Source of the DNA: Macrostomum lignano
Taxonomy: Eukaryota
Reading direction: 5' to 3'
NCBI GenBank assembly: GCA_002269645.1
Contig: NIVC01002279.1
Coordinates: 62,001-126,000 of the forward strand
DNA: 64,000 nucleotides
The notes beneath the pieces are model-generated. The model made no database searches. It was not told the DNA's origin and was given only the letters and a program-made list of their open reading frames with translations. Both the position numbers and the translations under genes were made by a program. Shown in pieces: positions 35,172-49,500 of this stretch. Position 1 is the first letter of the stretch; each line of letters begins with the position of its first letter.

Positions 35172-36643
35172 TTAAGCGGAGATCTACTCTGCAGAGGATG
35201 GAGGGTTTAGCGGAGATCTACTCTGCAGAGGATGGAGGGTATAGCGGAGATCTACTCTGCAGAGGATGGAGGGTTTAGCGGAGATCTACTCTGCAGAGGA
35301 TGGAGGGTTTAGCGGAGATCTACTCTGCAGAGGATGGAGGGTCTAGCGGAGATCTACTCTTCAGAGGATGGAGGGTTTAGCGGAGATCTACTCTGCAGAG
35401 GATGGAGGGTTTAGCGGAGATCTACTCTGCAGAGGATGGAGGGTTTAGCGGAGATCTACTCTGCAGAGGATGGAGGGTTTAGCGGAGATCTACTCTGCAG
35501 AGGATGGAGGGTTTAGCGGAGATCTACTCTGCAGAGGATGGAGGGTATAGCGGAGATCTACTCTGCAGAGGATGGAGGGTTTAGCGGAGATCTACTCTGC
35601 AGAGGATGGAGGGTTTAGCGGAGATCTACTCTGCAGAGGATGGAGGGTCTAGCGGAGATCTACTCTTCAGAGGATGGAGGGTTTAGCGGAGATCTACTCT
35701 GCAGAGGATGGAGGGTTTAGCGGAGATCTACTCTGCAGAGGATGGAGGGTTTAGCGGAGATCTACTCTGCAGAGGATGGAGGGTTTAGCGGAGATCTACT
35801 CTGCAGAGGATGGAGGGTTTAGCGGAGATCTACTCTGCAGAGGATGGAGGGTTTAGCGGAGATCTACTCTGCAGAGGATGGAGGGTATAGCGGAGATCTA
35901 CTCTGCAGAGGATGGAGGGTTTAGCGGAGATCTACTCTGCAGAGGATGGAGGGCTTAGCGGAGATCTACTCTTCAGAGGATGGAGGGTCTAGCGGAGATC
36001 TACTCTGCAGAGGATGGAGGGTTTAGCGGAGATCTACTCTTCAGAGGATGGAGTGTTTAGCGGAGATCTACTCTTCAGAGGATGGAGGGCTTAGCGGAGA
36101 TCTACTCTTCAGAGGATGGAGGGTTTAGCGGAGATCTACTCTTCAGAGGATGGAGTGTTTAGCGGAGATCTACTCTGCAGAGGATGGAGTGTTTAGCGGA
36201 GATCTACTCTTCAGAGGATGGAGTGTTTAGCGGAGATCTACTCTTCAGAGGATGGAGGGTTTAGCGGAGACCTACTCTTCAGAGGATGGAGTGTTTAGCG
36301 GAGATCTACTCTGCAGAGGATGGAGTGTTTAGCGGAGATCTACTCTGCAGCGGATGGAGGTTTTAGCGGAGATCTACTCTGCAGAGGATGAAGGTTTTAG
36401 CGGAGATCTACTCTGCAGAGGATGGAGGTTTTAGCGGAGATCTACTCTGCAGAGGATGGAGTGTTTAGCAGAGATCTACTCTGCAGAGGATGGAGTGTTT
36501 AGCGGAGATTTACTCTGCAGAGGATGGAGTGTTTAGCGGAGATCTACTATTCTGCAGAGGATGGAGGGTTTAGCGGAGATTTACTCTGCAGAGGATGGAG
36601 TGTTTAGCGGAGATCTACTATTCTGCAGAGGATGGAGGGTTTA
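35172..36643. repeat. 34-bp minisatellite AGCGGAGATCTACTCTGCAGAGGATGGAGGGTTT, about 43 copies
   Basis: Tandem units with variant clusters toward the 3' end. Confidence 0.97.
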
Positions 36644-37050
36644 CACTGCGATTTGAGAACACTTGAGCTTGGCATTTCCATAAAAAACCGAGTGTCATCA
36701 CAAAAATAAATCTAAATGAGAATGTTGTTGATTTCCTCAAGCCAGTCACCCATACTCTGATACTTGATCTCTTGAACATCTATAACATCAAATTTTTGGC
36801 TGAATGTATTTTTAAAAAATACAATCCATAAAATATCGCATGAATATTTATCACCATATAGTACTTAGTTCAGATTTGAGTAGTAGTGTAGTAGTGTAAT
36901 TTTCGTTGTGTGGATAAAGTGCACGGCGTGGACAACTTTTTTAATGTTCCTGATGTGGATTCTCTATTTGGCCAGCTGTTCGAAACCCTTCTTCTCCATC
37001 AGGCCGGACTCTTCCAGGTTGGCCAGGGCTTCCAGAGCCGATCCTGTCTA

Positions 37051-37303
37051 GCTGATGAAGCTGAGAGTCTGCTGTGGGTGTCTACTGATGAAGCTGAGAG
37101 TCTGCTGTGGGTGTCTATCTCCTGATGAAGCTGAGAGTCTGCTGTGGGTGTCTATCTCCTGATGAAGCTGAGAGTCTGCTGTGGGTGTCTACTGCTGAAG
37201 CTGAGAGTCTGCTGTGGGTGTCTACTGCTGAAGCTGAGAGTCTGCTGTGGGTGTCTACTGCTGAAGCTGAGAGTCTGCTGTGGGTGTCTACTGATGAAGC
37301 TCA
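37051..37303. repeat. 33-bp minisatellite GAAGCTGAGAGTCTGCTGTGGGTGTCTACTG(C/A)T, about 7 copies
   Basis: Directly visible; two units carry a short insertion. Confidence 0.95.
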
Positions 37304-37767
37304 GATGCATCTCTATGATTTTCCCCTGGCACAGTCGGAAGGTCTGCGTTTATAATCGAAACCGGGGAAAGAAATTCTGGACGGGAGAATCTCGGTGAAG
37401 AATTCTTGCAAGAAAATTCTTACTGAATGCTTCTACACGATACTACTGGTAGTAACTATTAAAGTATGTCAATAGCGAATAAAGCTAGCCATGATGCCTT
37501 CGATTTGGATTTGCTTGAGCTTCCTACTTCTTGTTTTACGCAGGAGCAAGAGAGGCGACGTTGTATATTTTTATTTAGTTCACTGATACGCACTTGTCGT
37601 TAATTCTTTATACTTGATGAAACTTAAAAAGGGAACAATTAATATTTTATGATTTAGCAGCAGAGAATTGTACATCATTGACGCTGGATCAGGAAATAAA
37701 AGAGTCAATATAATAAAATTCCAATCTCATATAAAACGCGAATTCGTTGTGACGTTCAGATAGAGCT

Positions 37768-38323
37768 TTAGACAGCGTCGTCAACAACAAGGAGCGGCAC
37801 GTACTCTTTGTAGATTACGGTGCCCTTTTCTGGATCAATGGCTGCCGAGAGCATCTCCTCCAGCTCCTCGGTGGAAAATGGCTCGCCTGAAAGTTTTTGT
37901 AATCGATATATGTAAAAAAGGCCATTTGGAGCTAAATCAGCTTTAACGAAATTAAAGTTATGGTAGTCGTACCTTCCTCCACCATGTACTTCTCGATTTC
38001 TTCTTTTGTCAGATAGCCGTTGTTCTCAATGTCTAACACCTGAAATGCCTTTAGTAGCTGATCTTCTAGTGCAGGCTTGTAGCGTTTCTCTTGCAAAATC
38101 TTCATCGCAACACCAAGGAATGCATCGAAAGTGACGTACGGCAGTGGCTCTTCTTCTTCCATTTCTTTGAGAATGTCATGGAGTTCACCTTCTGTAGGAC
38201 AGCAGCCAAGAGAACGAATAATCGTTCCGACTTCTCTGACGTCGACGGTTTGATTTGCTTCGTGGTCGAATATCTCAAAAGCGTCAGCGATTCTCTTTTT
38301 CAATTCCTGCACGGCGGTATCCT
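37768..38323 (-). CDS. EFCAB2: EF-hand protein, dynein regulatory complex subunit 8
   Basis: Exons 38323-37973 and 37886-37768, phase 1. AFEIFDHEANQTVDVREVGTIIRSLGCCPTEGELHD...YMVEE|GEPFSTEELEEMLSAAIDPEKG..YKEYV matches EFCAB2/DRC8. The short first exon is unresolved. Confidence 0.93.
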
Positions 38324-40502
38324 CTGAAAATTAAAAAAGGAAATAATTAGGCTCACTAGGATTTACTTTCAAGTTCATCCTGACCATTTTTTATACAAAT
38401 ATTGTGTCACGTTTTACTACAATACATTGTAGTGACTACAATCTATAGTCTAGCATCGATAACTGCATGTTCTTAAGTAGATCTTATAAGCCTTGTCGTT
38501 GCATTAAAAATACCTGGGTTTTCCGGAGGAAGTGCTTCTTCAGTGGCCATTCCCTTGGAATATATTATGTAGAAGCGGTCCACTCAATTGATAATGATAT
38601 ATTTGCGATTGCGATATCTGTTCCAGAAATTTCTCGTAAAACTTTAAAGTTAAAATATGCTGTCTTAGATGCAAACAATTAAACAAATAAGCATTAAATG
38701 TGTTATTTAGTTAAAGAGAGAGTCATTTAAAGAATGCGTAATTTAGTAAAAGTTACTTTTAACTTACTTATTCGCCTAATTCTATGCAAACTATAGAGTT
38801 TTAAACGGAGAACATTAATTTAAATTCTTAGTTGAATTCAAGATTCCAGGAATCTATTTTGTTACCACTGCTTATTTAATAGTAAAATTGTAATTCGTGC
38901 ATTCTTGGATGCACCTGCAACACCAAATGACCCCAGCACTTCAATGGAACTTCAGCTGCCTGATGCTGTGTGCTGGTTAAATAAACGTTTGTATTCTGAG
39001 TAGCTTTCCTTAGTATTCAGATTCAGAATAGTTTTCCTGGACCTGGCAATCTTTTACTTTACTGCATTCCATTGTGTAACGCTTAACGGTATAGAGAAGT
39101 TGTGTTTAAGTTATTTGAGTAAAATGCAGCAGTGCCAAACAGCCAATCAACTTTTTTGCTAATATGCCTTCATAATGAATTATGAAATGAATACTATTGC
39201 CACTAGCATTGCTATTATTAGCCCCTAGTAACTTTAGTTACTTTTAGTTTAGTTACTATTAGCACTAGTAAATTTTGAATTAGAAATCAGAACTAAATCA
39301 CAAAATTCAAAATGAAACTGTAGTTTTTTAACTTAGCTATTCCTCATTCTATCCTATATTTTTTCTAAATTCTATACTAGAATTTATTTTTTCTATACTA
39401 GGCCTATATTTTTTATATTATACTTTCTATTTAGTAATAATACTAGCAATCTACGCCCCCCTGAATTGATTGATCAACTGGCCAGGTTTAATACGTATCT
39501 TCTCCTAGACGCTGCCAACTCAAATGTGGGACTTATATATATCAATGCAGAATTTTCCTATGCAACAAATATACTATTTTAATGTTGAAATTTTTAAAAT
39601 TAAGTCTGTGAAAAAAGCAGAAAATTGAGTGATTTTGAATGATTATGCCACAACTTTTTGCTATCTTAGCAGTGTATTTTCTCTCCAGTGGGGGGATAGG
39701 ACTGTTCTAATTAAGTGACTGTGTGTATACACTTGGACCCTTGCTAATTGGTGGACAATAAAATTCAATGCATAAACTTGCCAAGCCTCTCACTGTAACA
39801 GGCAATGAATGTAGACTAAAAAATTCAATGCTTTAAACTGGGAGATTTCAAACATTAACTGTTCCTTGAGTTTTGAACTTTGCGAGAAGAGACTTATATT
39901 GCTGGAAAGATCTTTCAATGCTAAGTTTGGAGATATAAGTTTTTTGTTTTAAGTATAAAAACTAAAAGCACAGCATTTAAAAAACAATTTCTATAATTTT
40001 TTAACTTTCTGCAAAGATTGTACTTTTTTTGCAAGACGCAATAAATAAATTTGGAGGCTTCAACTTCTAAATGCAGCTATGTATTGGAGAGTTGATATAG
40101 ATTGTGCAATCATTTTGTTAACTTTAACTGAGACTGATACTGACTGACTAAGAAATCAATTTTGCAATTAATTGATTCAATTGGTTAATTTTTTATTATT
40201 GATGCCTTTTAACAGGCAGCATTGTGCAGCTCTAACCCTAACCCTAGGCCTAACCCTAACCACTGAATCCTTTTCTTTGCACATATTTAAGCCAAACAAT
40301 TAGAGGCATTTTCAATACACTCCCATTTAATAGTCTAATGATTAAATTGATAGATTTCTGCTTAAAGGAGATAATATTGATAGATATTTGTTTAACAGAG
40401 TGAATTTTGGTGAATATCGGTTTCATGGAAAGGATTTTAATGGATTAAAGTTTCATGGAAAGGATTTTGATGGAGTTCTGTTTCAGGGAGAGAATTTTGA
40501 TG

Positions 40503-41177
40503 GGGGCATTACAAACCCTTAAAAATCACAACTCTGAAAAGTGCTTTCCATCATAAACCCAAAATATCACAAACCCAAAATATCATAAACCCAAAATATC
40601 ATAACTCCAAAATTGATAGCAACATACATCATAAACCCAAAATATCATAAACCTCAAAAAATCACAACTCTGAAAAACAAAATAGCAACCCGCATCATAA
40701 AACCTAAAGTATCATAAACCCAAAATATCATAACTCCAAAATTGCTAGCAACGCATATCATAAACCTAAAAAATCACAAACCTGAAATATCATATCTCCG
40801 AAAACAAAAATAGCATTGCCTATCATAAACCCGAAATATCAAAAACCCAAAATATCATAACTCTGGAAGTTCTATCAATGTCCAACACTATTTTGGTTTT
40901 TGGAATTATGATATTTTGGGTTTATGATGGGCATTGCTAACACTTTTGGAGTTATGATATTTTGGGTTTGTGGTATTTTGGGTTTTTGATGGGCAATGCT
41001 ATTTTGCCATTTTTGGTTTTTTTGGAGTTGTGATTTTTTGGGTTTCTGATATTTTGGGTTCATGATAGGCATTGCTATTTTGTTTTTCAGAGATGATATT
41101 TCGGGTTTGTGATATTTTGGGTTTATGATAGGAAGTGCTTTTGGAGTTGTGATTTTTCAGGTTTATGATAGTGACCC
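40503..41177. mobile_element. Foldback (Mutator-type) element with minisatellite arms
   Basis: Perfect 9-bp TSD ATTTTGATG (40494-40502, 41178-41186). Left arm is (TATCATAAACCCAAAA)-type repeats, right arm the reverse complement. Inserted in an older degenerate 30-bp array (about 40380-40500 and 41180-41345). Confidence 0.85.
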
Positions 41178-43570
41178 ATTTTGATGAGTGTCTGTTTTAC
41201 AGAGAGAATTTTGATGAATATCTGTTTCATGGAAAGAATTTTTATGAATATCTGTTACTGTTTCATAGAGAGGATTTTTAGGCATTTTATTTCATGGAGA
41301 AGACTTTGAGGGATTTCTGTTTCATAGAAAGGATTTTGATGGATTTTGGAAAGCACTTGGATGATGGGATTTGGGTCATCGGATTTAGCTGATGGATTTG
41401 AGGCATAGGATTCCAGTGATGGGAGTTCTTTCCCTTTTTCTTCCAACAGAAGAGTTGGCCTTGATGTGGCTGTAGCCTTCTGCTGCAAGCATAGGGCCAC
41501 AGTCACATCTTAGGCACTTCTGTCCACTGCTAGTATCTGGAATAGAAACTGTTCTGGTGCCTCCATGCACTCTAAGCAGCCTTCCTTGGTGCTAAAAAGT
41601 TGCACAATATGGCACAATTGAGTCATCATAATGAGGCCCATTAACATAGGAAATTAGGAAGTTTTTCTAGCCTAGGGTTAGTTAGTGGAAGCCACCAAAT
41701 TTGATGCTTGCCTGTACTATTGTTGCCTAGCCTGCTATGTACAATTGCTCAGTGTATGCAAGTCTAGTTAGTTGCACTCCTCCTCTTGCGTGCTTGCTGG
41801 ACCTTCTCCTCTTTGCTTTCTTGTTCCTCCGCTATCCAAGCCTCTCCCTATGCATCATTCTATTTTTAGACTGAGGGTTTTGCAGACCCCATGTCCCAAG
41901 CCAAACCCTTTCTTTGTGTAGCCTTGTGCGCACAAGCCCAAATTTGGCATGCTATTTTCACTGGTGGCTTGAAGCTCTGTTGGCACTTCATACAAGCTAC
42001 TCTCCCCCCATGTTTAATCAATATCTGTTGTGCATCATTATCTGCACTTTTTGGGCTGCCATTCTATGGTCAGTCCATGAAATGCCCAAACACTCCATCC
42101 ACATTCTATATCAATGCATGTAGGCCATTTGTCTGAATTTCTCCTCAGAACTGCCTCGTGAGGACTTGTCGAGAGCTTTCTCCAAGTTCAGCGCTCTAGT
42201 GCCGGTTAACAGCGAAGCAAAGCTCCTGAGCAGGTCTTGGTAGAGCAAAGCATCACTAGAAGCAGATACAAGCTCCTGAGCAGGTCTTGGTAGAGCATTG
42301 CAGCGCTCAAGCAGAAAGCAAGCTCCTAAGCAGGTCTTGATAGAGCATTGCTAGTGCTATAGCTCTGGTTTTCCAGCCTACCCTATTGGCAGGAAATCAG
42401 TTGGCTGAAGCCATTCTGCTGTTTGTCTATTTGCGACACAGGTGGAAATATAAGAGTAAGAGTGAGTGTGTAGTCGCAGCACTCATGAGCAATTCTAAGA
42501 AATAGCTGTTAGCTTTAGGTAAGCCTAGAGTCTATTGCTGCTTGCAGGCACATAGACCTATTTCCTTGCCACCCATCTGTGCAAGACTAGTTAGTGCAAG
42601 TCTATTGCTGCTTCAGGCGCATAGACCTATTTCTTGCTGCCCATTTGCACAAGATGTAGCTATTAGGTTAGTTGGAGTTAGGGTCCTCTGAGATCTAAAC
42701 TCAGACACGCCCGAGTGCAGACATTTGTCAGTGCCAGGACTGCGCCACTTAGGCCATTTGCTACCATTGAGTCCTGTCATTTGGACATTGAAATATCTGA
42801 GACTAGTTGTTCAAGAGTTATTTATTTGCATGGAACCCAAACAGACCCCTTCATTTCAGATCCTATGGTCCCCACGCTAGTGGCAGCAGTACCCTTGATC
42901 TTAGATTTCTCCCCAGTCTTAGCCCCCACAAGTATACTCAGCAAGGTTGCCTCAGACAATAGCAGTCCACCCTACCACAGAAGCCAGGAAGCCAAGTATA
43001 TCACTGGTGATAGCAGTGGGACTCTCAGTAATAACACCACAGCCCAGAGCAACCAGAAAACTGAGACACATCAGCCTCGTATATATATATATATTGTCAT
43101 TATATTTTATTACTTTCTATGGCAAAAATCTGTATGCATTTTATTTTATATTATTAAAATATCTATGAAGAAAAAGAAATATCTTTGCCACATTTTCATT
43201 TGTACTTTAAATACTTTAGTCTTGTTTTTATATTTTATTTATCATTTAAATTTTATACTGTTATATATAGTATGAAAACAAAATGTTATCGAAAAACAAA
43301 ACAAAATTATGACATAATTTAACATAATATTAATATATCTTGACTTTTTTGAGACCTCAAAACTGAGATCAAAATTGAGAAAAGTGCCAAGATCTTGAGA
43401 TCAAGATAAAGATCTTGTCCCACCCCTAGTTAAGGACCTGCTAACTATTGTCTATTGTAATTTGTATTAAATATCAATAACTTCAAATAGTTAAAATTAA
43501 CCCTAAAATTTTCAGAGTTTGGACTAATTAAGACAAATAAAAACTGTCACAGACAGTTGTCTAGACGAGC

Positions 43571-46500
43571 ATGCTGTCAGCTGATGATGCTGCTTGGAAT
43601 CAGTGGCTAGCCTCGCCAGATGGTCAGGCCTATCTTCGGCTGCGTCAAAACAGCTCTGGCAATGCTGATGACAGCTTTGGTATCGGGGGAGCTCATATTG
43701 AACAGCTTTTGACTAGAGAGTTGCTAGTCGATGAAGCTGATGCTAAACAGGGTAGCGCTGGTATAGCTGCATTGGCTCAATGCCAGGATGCTGGACTGGC
43801 CCTGCCTCATCCAGCCGCGCTGTGGTCGATTGGTCGGCCAGAACGAAATGCTCAGTTTTGCAGGCGCCGGGCGGACGAGCTTCGCCAAGTGGTTGGGCGA
43901 ATCGGGCATCGGTGAGCGAATTTATGGCGCAAATCAAACAGATTAGGGTGTACGAGCTAAAAGGTGTAACTGAAAGAATCTCACTAAATCAAATGAAAGA
44001 ATCTCCCATCAGTCAGTCAGAGAATCTCCCATCAGTCAGTTAGAGAATCTCCCATCAGTCAGTTAGAGAATCTCCCATCAGTCAGTTAGAGAATCTCCCA
44101 TCAGTCAGTCAGAGAATCTCCAATCAGTCAGAGAATCTCCCATCAGTCAGCCAGAGAATCTCCCATCAGTCAGTTAGAGAATCTCCCATCAGTCAGCCAG
44201 AGAATCTCCCATCAGTCAGTTAGAGAATCTCCCATCAGTCAGTTAGAGAATCTCCCATCAGTCAGCCAGAGAATCTCCCATCAGTCAGTTAGAGAATCTC
44301 CCATCAGTCAGTTAGAGAATCTCCCATCAGTCAGCCAGAGAATCTCCAATCAGTCAGAGAATCTCCCATCAGTCAGCCAGAGAATCTCCCATCAGTCAGT
44401 TAGAGAATCTCCCATCAGTCAGTTATAGAATCTCCCATCAGTCAGTTAGAGAATCTCCCATCAGTCAGTCAGAGAATCTCCCATCAATCAGTCAGAGAAT
44501 CTCCCATCAGTCAGCCAGAGAATCTCCCATCAGTCAGTTAGAGAATCTCCCATCAGTCAGCCAGAGAATCTCCCATCAGTCAGTTAGAGAATCTCCCATC
44601 AGTCAGTCAGAGAATCTCCCATCAGTCAGTCAGAGAATCTCCCATCAGTCAGTCAGAGAATCTCCAATCAGTCAGAGAATCTCCCATCAGTCAGCCAGAG
44701 AATCTCCCATCAGTCAGTTAGAGAATCTCCCATCAGTCAGCCAGAGAATCTCCCATCAGTCAGTTAGAGAATCTCCCATCAGTCAGTTAGAGAATCTCCC
44801 ATCAGTCAGTTAGAGAATCTCCCATCAGTCAGTTAGAGAATCTCCCATCAGTCAGCCAGAGAATCTCCAATCAGTCAGAGAATCTCCCATCAGTCAGCCA
44901 GAGAATCTCCCATCAGTCAGTTAGAGAATCTCCCATCAGTCAGCCAGAGAATCTCCCATCAGTCAGTTAGAGAATCTCCCATCAGTCAGTCAGAGAATCT
45001 CCCATCAGTCAGTCAGAGAATCTCCCATCAGTCAGTCAGAGAATCTCCAATCAGTCAGAGAATCTCCCATCAGTCAGCCAGAGAATCTCCCATCAGTCAG
45101 TTAGAGAATCTCCCATCAGTCAGCCAGAGAATCTCCCATCAGTCAGTTAGAGAATCTCCCATCAGTCAGTCAGAGAATCTCCCATCAGTCAGTCAGAGAA
45201 TCTCCCATCAGTCAGTCAGAGAATCTCCCATCAGTCAGTCAGAGCATCTCCCATCAGTCAGCCAGAGAATCTCCCATCAGTCAGTCAGAGAATCTCCCAT
45301 CAGTCAGTTAGAGAATCTCCCATCAGTCAGCCAGAGAATCTCCCATCAGTCAGTTAGAGAATCTCCCATCAGTCAGTTAGAGAATCTCCCATCAGTCAGC
45401 CAGAGAATCTCCCATCAGTCAGCCAGAGAATCTCCCATCAGTCAGTTAGAGAATCTCCCATCAGTCAGCCAGAGAATCTCCCATCAGTCAGCCAGAGAAT
45501 CTCCCATCAGTCAGTTAGAGAATCTCCCATCAGTCAGTTAGAGAATCTCCCATCAGTCAGTCAGAGAATCTCCCATCAGTCAGCCAGAGAATCTCCCATC
45601 AGTCAGTCAGAGAATCTCCCATCAGTCAGTTAGAGAATCTCCCATCAGTCAGCCAGAGAATCTCCCATCAGTCAGCCAGAGAATCTCCCATCAGTCAGTC
45701 AGAGAATCTCCCATCAGTCAGCCAGAGAATCTCCCATCAGTCAGTTAGAGAATCTCCCATCAGTCAGCCAGAGAATCTCCCATCAGTCAGCCAGAGAATC
45801 TCCCATCAGTCAGTTAGAGAATCTCCCATCAGTCAGTTAGAGAATCTCCCATCAGTCAGTCAGAGAATCTCCCATCAGTCAGTTAGAGAATCTCCCATCA
45901 GTCAGCCAGAGAATCTCCCATCAGTCAGCCAGAGAATCTCCCATCAGTCAGTCAGAGAATCTCCCATCAGTCAGTTAGAGAATCTCCCATCAGTCAGCCA
46001 GAGAATCTCCCATCAGTCAGTTAGAGAATCTCCCATCAGTCAGTTAGAGAATCTCCCATCAGTCAGCCAGAGAATCTCCCATCAGTCAGTTAGAGAATCT
46101 CCCATCAGTCAGCCAGAGAATCTCCCATCAGTCAGCCAGAGAATCTCCCATCAGTCAGCCAGAGAATCTCCCATCAGTCAGCCAGAGAATCTCCCATCAG
46201 TCAGTCAGAGAATCTCCAATCAGTCAGAGAATCTCCAATCAGTCAGAGAATCTCCCATCAGTCAGCCAGAGAATCTCCCATCAGTCAGTCAGAGAATCTC
46301 CAATCAGTCAGAGAATCTCCCATCAGTCAGCCAGAGAATCTCCCATCAGTCAGCCAGAGAATCTCCCATCAGTCAGTCAGAGAATCTCCCATCAGTCAGT
46401 TAGAGAATCTCCCATCAGTCAGCCAGAGAATCTCCCATCAGTCAGTCAGAGAATCTCCCATCAGTCAGTTATAGTGTAATAAGTTCGCAGAAATTGCTGC

Positions 46501-49500
46501 ATCAATTCCGCACCAGCATCGGCGCCTCGAGCACCTACTGCGACCGCCTGCTGCGCCAGCTGCTGCCTCGACACGCCGAAATCCTCGCCTGCTGCGACGG
46601 CCATCCCGTAGCTGACGACTCCGCCACGACCGGCGCCATCGACGGAAGAGGCGTTGACGAAGAAGCCTGCAACGGCATCGGCGACAATTCGTCGGCATTC
46701 GTCGACCTGCTACCGGCGGAGCTGCCTTCGTCCGTGTCGTCCGCTCCGGCCCTGCCGCCCGCGCAGCCGCCGGCGCGCTCTCTAGGCGAAGTGTTCGCCA
46801 ACTGCGGCGCCTCGTTCGCATTCGCTTTTCTTCGCCGCGCCTGGCGCTCCTCCGGCCCGGCTGCTGGCCACGAAGATTCTGGCGCCGATTTGGCGATGTG
46901 CCAGGAGCTGCTAGACGACATGCTGCGCCAAGTTGAACAGCTGCCCCTGGGCAGAGGCCTCGCCTCAATTGGCGGCTCGCCTGCCGACCAATCGCAGTCG
47001 CCCTGGATTTGTATTTTCGAACGCGGCGCCGCTTTCCTGCGCGACACCGCCTGCGCCGGGGAGGCGCCGATCGGGGTGCGCCGAGTCTGCCTGGCGCTAT
47101 TGGTGCATCTGCACTTTCAGGTGAGAGATGACCTTTTTATAGTCTAATAATCATTTTGTTTTGTGCACCGAATGAATTGAGTTTTGTTTGCACTGATTGA
47201 CCTGTTTATGCTCATCGCAATGACCTATTTTTGTGTGCACTGAATAACCTTTGTGTAACTCTGGATGACCTTTAATCCCGTTGAAAGCGTTACCGTGACA
47301 AAAATCGCTAAAGAGTCATTGCAAACAACTCTGCATTGCTTCAGTTCACCCAGCTGTAAAATGGGTGCCAGCTTTAGCTGGGGCAATTGAGGGTGTGTGG
47401 CGACCCCCCAGTCCTTGGACTGAACAGCCGTACGCAGCCTTCGGATGCTCCGCCCAATGCGGTTGCACATCTGCCCATTGGGGCAGCTGTAATAAATTAT
47501 ATTTTTTTATTATTATGAGTCACGAACGCATCACTTGAGCTGTAAAATCTCATCGTTTTTATCTCATCGTTTTAGAATCGTCTATAGTCACTTGTTTCCT
47601 ATTTTACCTGTGTTATCTGGAACGACTATGGGGCGACGCAAGTGACCCAGGGACGCTTATTGGCCTGTGTACCGTTTTCATCGCTTATACTTGAAGGTTC
47701 ATTGTCTTTCTTTATTAGTGGATTAAAATTAGTGTATGCTCATTCTCATGGAGAGAAGAATCGAGGCAATAGAGTTTTGCTTTTTCGAGGCGCATCCTGA
47801 GAGTGAGCTGGACCAGTCACACAGCGAATGAAGGTGTTTCGCTAAGAGCTGGTTGTTGTAGAGAGAAGTTGGAGTTCGTTGGCCATATTGTGAGGAAAGG
47901 AGGAATCGAGCAGTTGTCAGTGCCTGGGAAGATTAAATGAAGAAGAGATCGTGAAAGACAGCCAGTAACCTTTCTGAAGAACCTGTCTGAAGTGGACTTC
48001 GTTCCCGCCATACATGCCCAACTTCAAAATTTTACCCGGACGTGCAACTTACTTTTTGACCAAAAATGCGCCTTACCTATAAAAAACAGAAAAAACTAAC
48101 GTAATTTTGGGTAAACGGCAGGAGTAACTATGACTGTATTATTAAGGCTAAATATCTCGTCAGCTAATTAGTACTACGTCTGTATTTTTCGGGTCGGCGT
48201 TTTTGCGACTTACCCCAATCGAACGGGTCGGCCGGGTGTTGGGCATGTATAATTCACGCGAACCCTCCAATCGAACTCCCCTCCACCCGGGCGATTTCCG
48301 CTTCCAGGAGGGCCGCCTGTCCGCCCTGCTGGACCTGGTGCAGACCCTGGCCGATTTGCGGCGAGCGGGCAAGCCGGCCAGACTGACCCGGGCTCCGCTG
48401 CTCGGCCTGCTCCGCCGGCTGCAGGAATCTCAACGGGACGCGCTGCCCCGCTCGCCAGCCTGGCAGCCAATTCAGCACTGGTGCCTGCCCGGCACCTCAA
48501 ATGTGGACCTTCGCCAGGTGGCCTGTCACATCATGTGCTTTCTGGACTGTCTGGCCGTCAGGCGTCTCGGCTTGTCTTCATCGAATTCGTCGACATCGTC
48601 GTTGCGCCGCGTCCAGCCGGACGCTATCGGGGACGAATCGGCCGGGCCCGGCTCAGCTTCTGGCCTCGATATTATACCGGAGAATTTCGTGGACTCGGCG
48701 GATAGCGGAGGCGAAGGCGAGGACCGGCTAACCCTTATGCAGTACGCGGCTACTGGTCGACTTATTCGCCGATTGCAAGCGCCAACGCCGCGCATCTCCA
48801 AAGTGGTTGCCGGGTCAGATTTTGTGGCACTGCTGCAGCCGGGAGTAGGCGTGCTAGTGTACACCAGCTTGGACTCGCCGGCTAAGCGCATCGCCGAGCC
48901 AGATGTAGTCGACATTGCGGCGTACGAGAGAGGCCACCGGCTGGTGCTGGCTTGCCGGGGCGGCCGCCGGCTTCTGGTCCTGGATGCCAGCTCCGGGCGC
49001 AACGCCGAGGCCGTCAGAATTGATGGCTGGCCGCCGGTGGCTGCTGGTGGACTCGGCGTTGGTGCCGCCGTCTCCGGGCTGGTGTGCGGCTCCAGGCACG
49101 CCGCCTTCGTGTTGAAGAGCGCCACCGCCGAGCCCTGCAAAGTGACGCTGCCGCTGACGCCGGAGTCAAGGGTGAGCTGCCAGAGCTTCGGGTCACACTG
49201 AGAGCGGTAGCTAAGCCATCAGGTCACACTGAGAGCGGTAGCTAAGCCATCAGGTCACACTGAGAGCGGTAGCTAAGCCATCAGGTCACACTGAGAGCGG
49301 TAGCTAAGCCATCAGGTCACACTGAGAGCGGTAGCTAAGCCATCAGGTCACACTGAGAGTGGTAGCTAAGCCAGCAGGTCACACTGAGAGCGGTAGCTAA
49401 GCCATCAGGTCACACTGAGAGCGGTAGCAAAGCCATCAGGTCACACTGAGAGCGGTAGCAAAGCCAGCAGGTCACACTGAGAGCGGTAGCAAAGCCATCA

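Noticed and set aside
40230-40262. Interstitial telomere (TAACCC)n
   Set aside because: Only about four interrupted units; common in repeats.
41600-43430. Decayed element with a 45-bp triple repeat and a hAT-like end (CCCACCCCTA near 43420)
   Set aside because: No matching left end, TSD or recognisable ORF.
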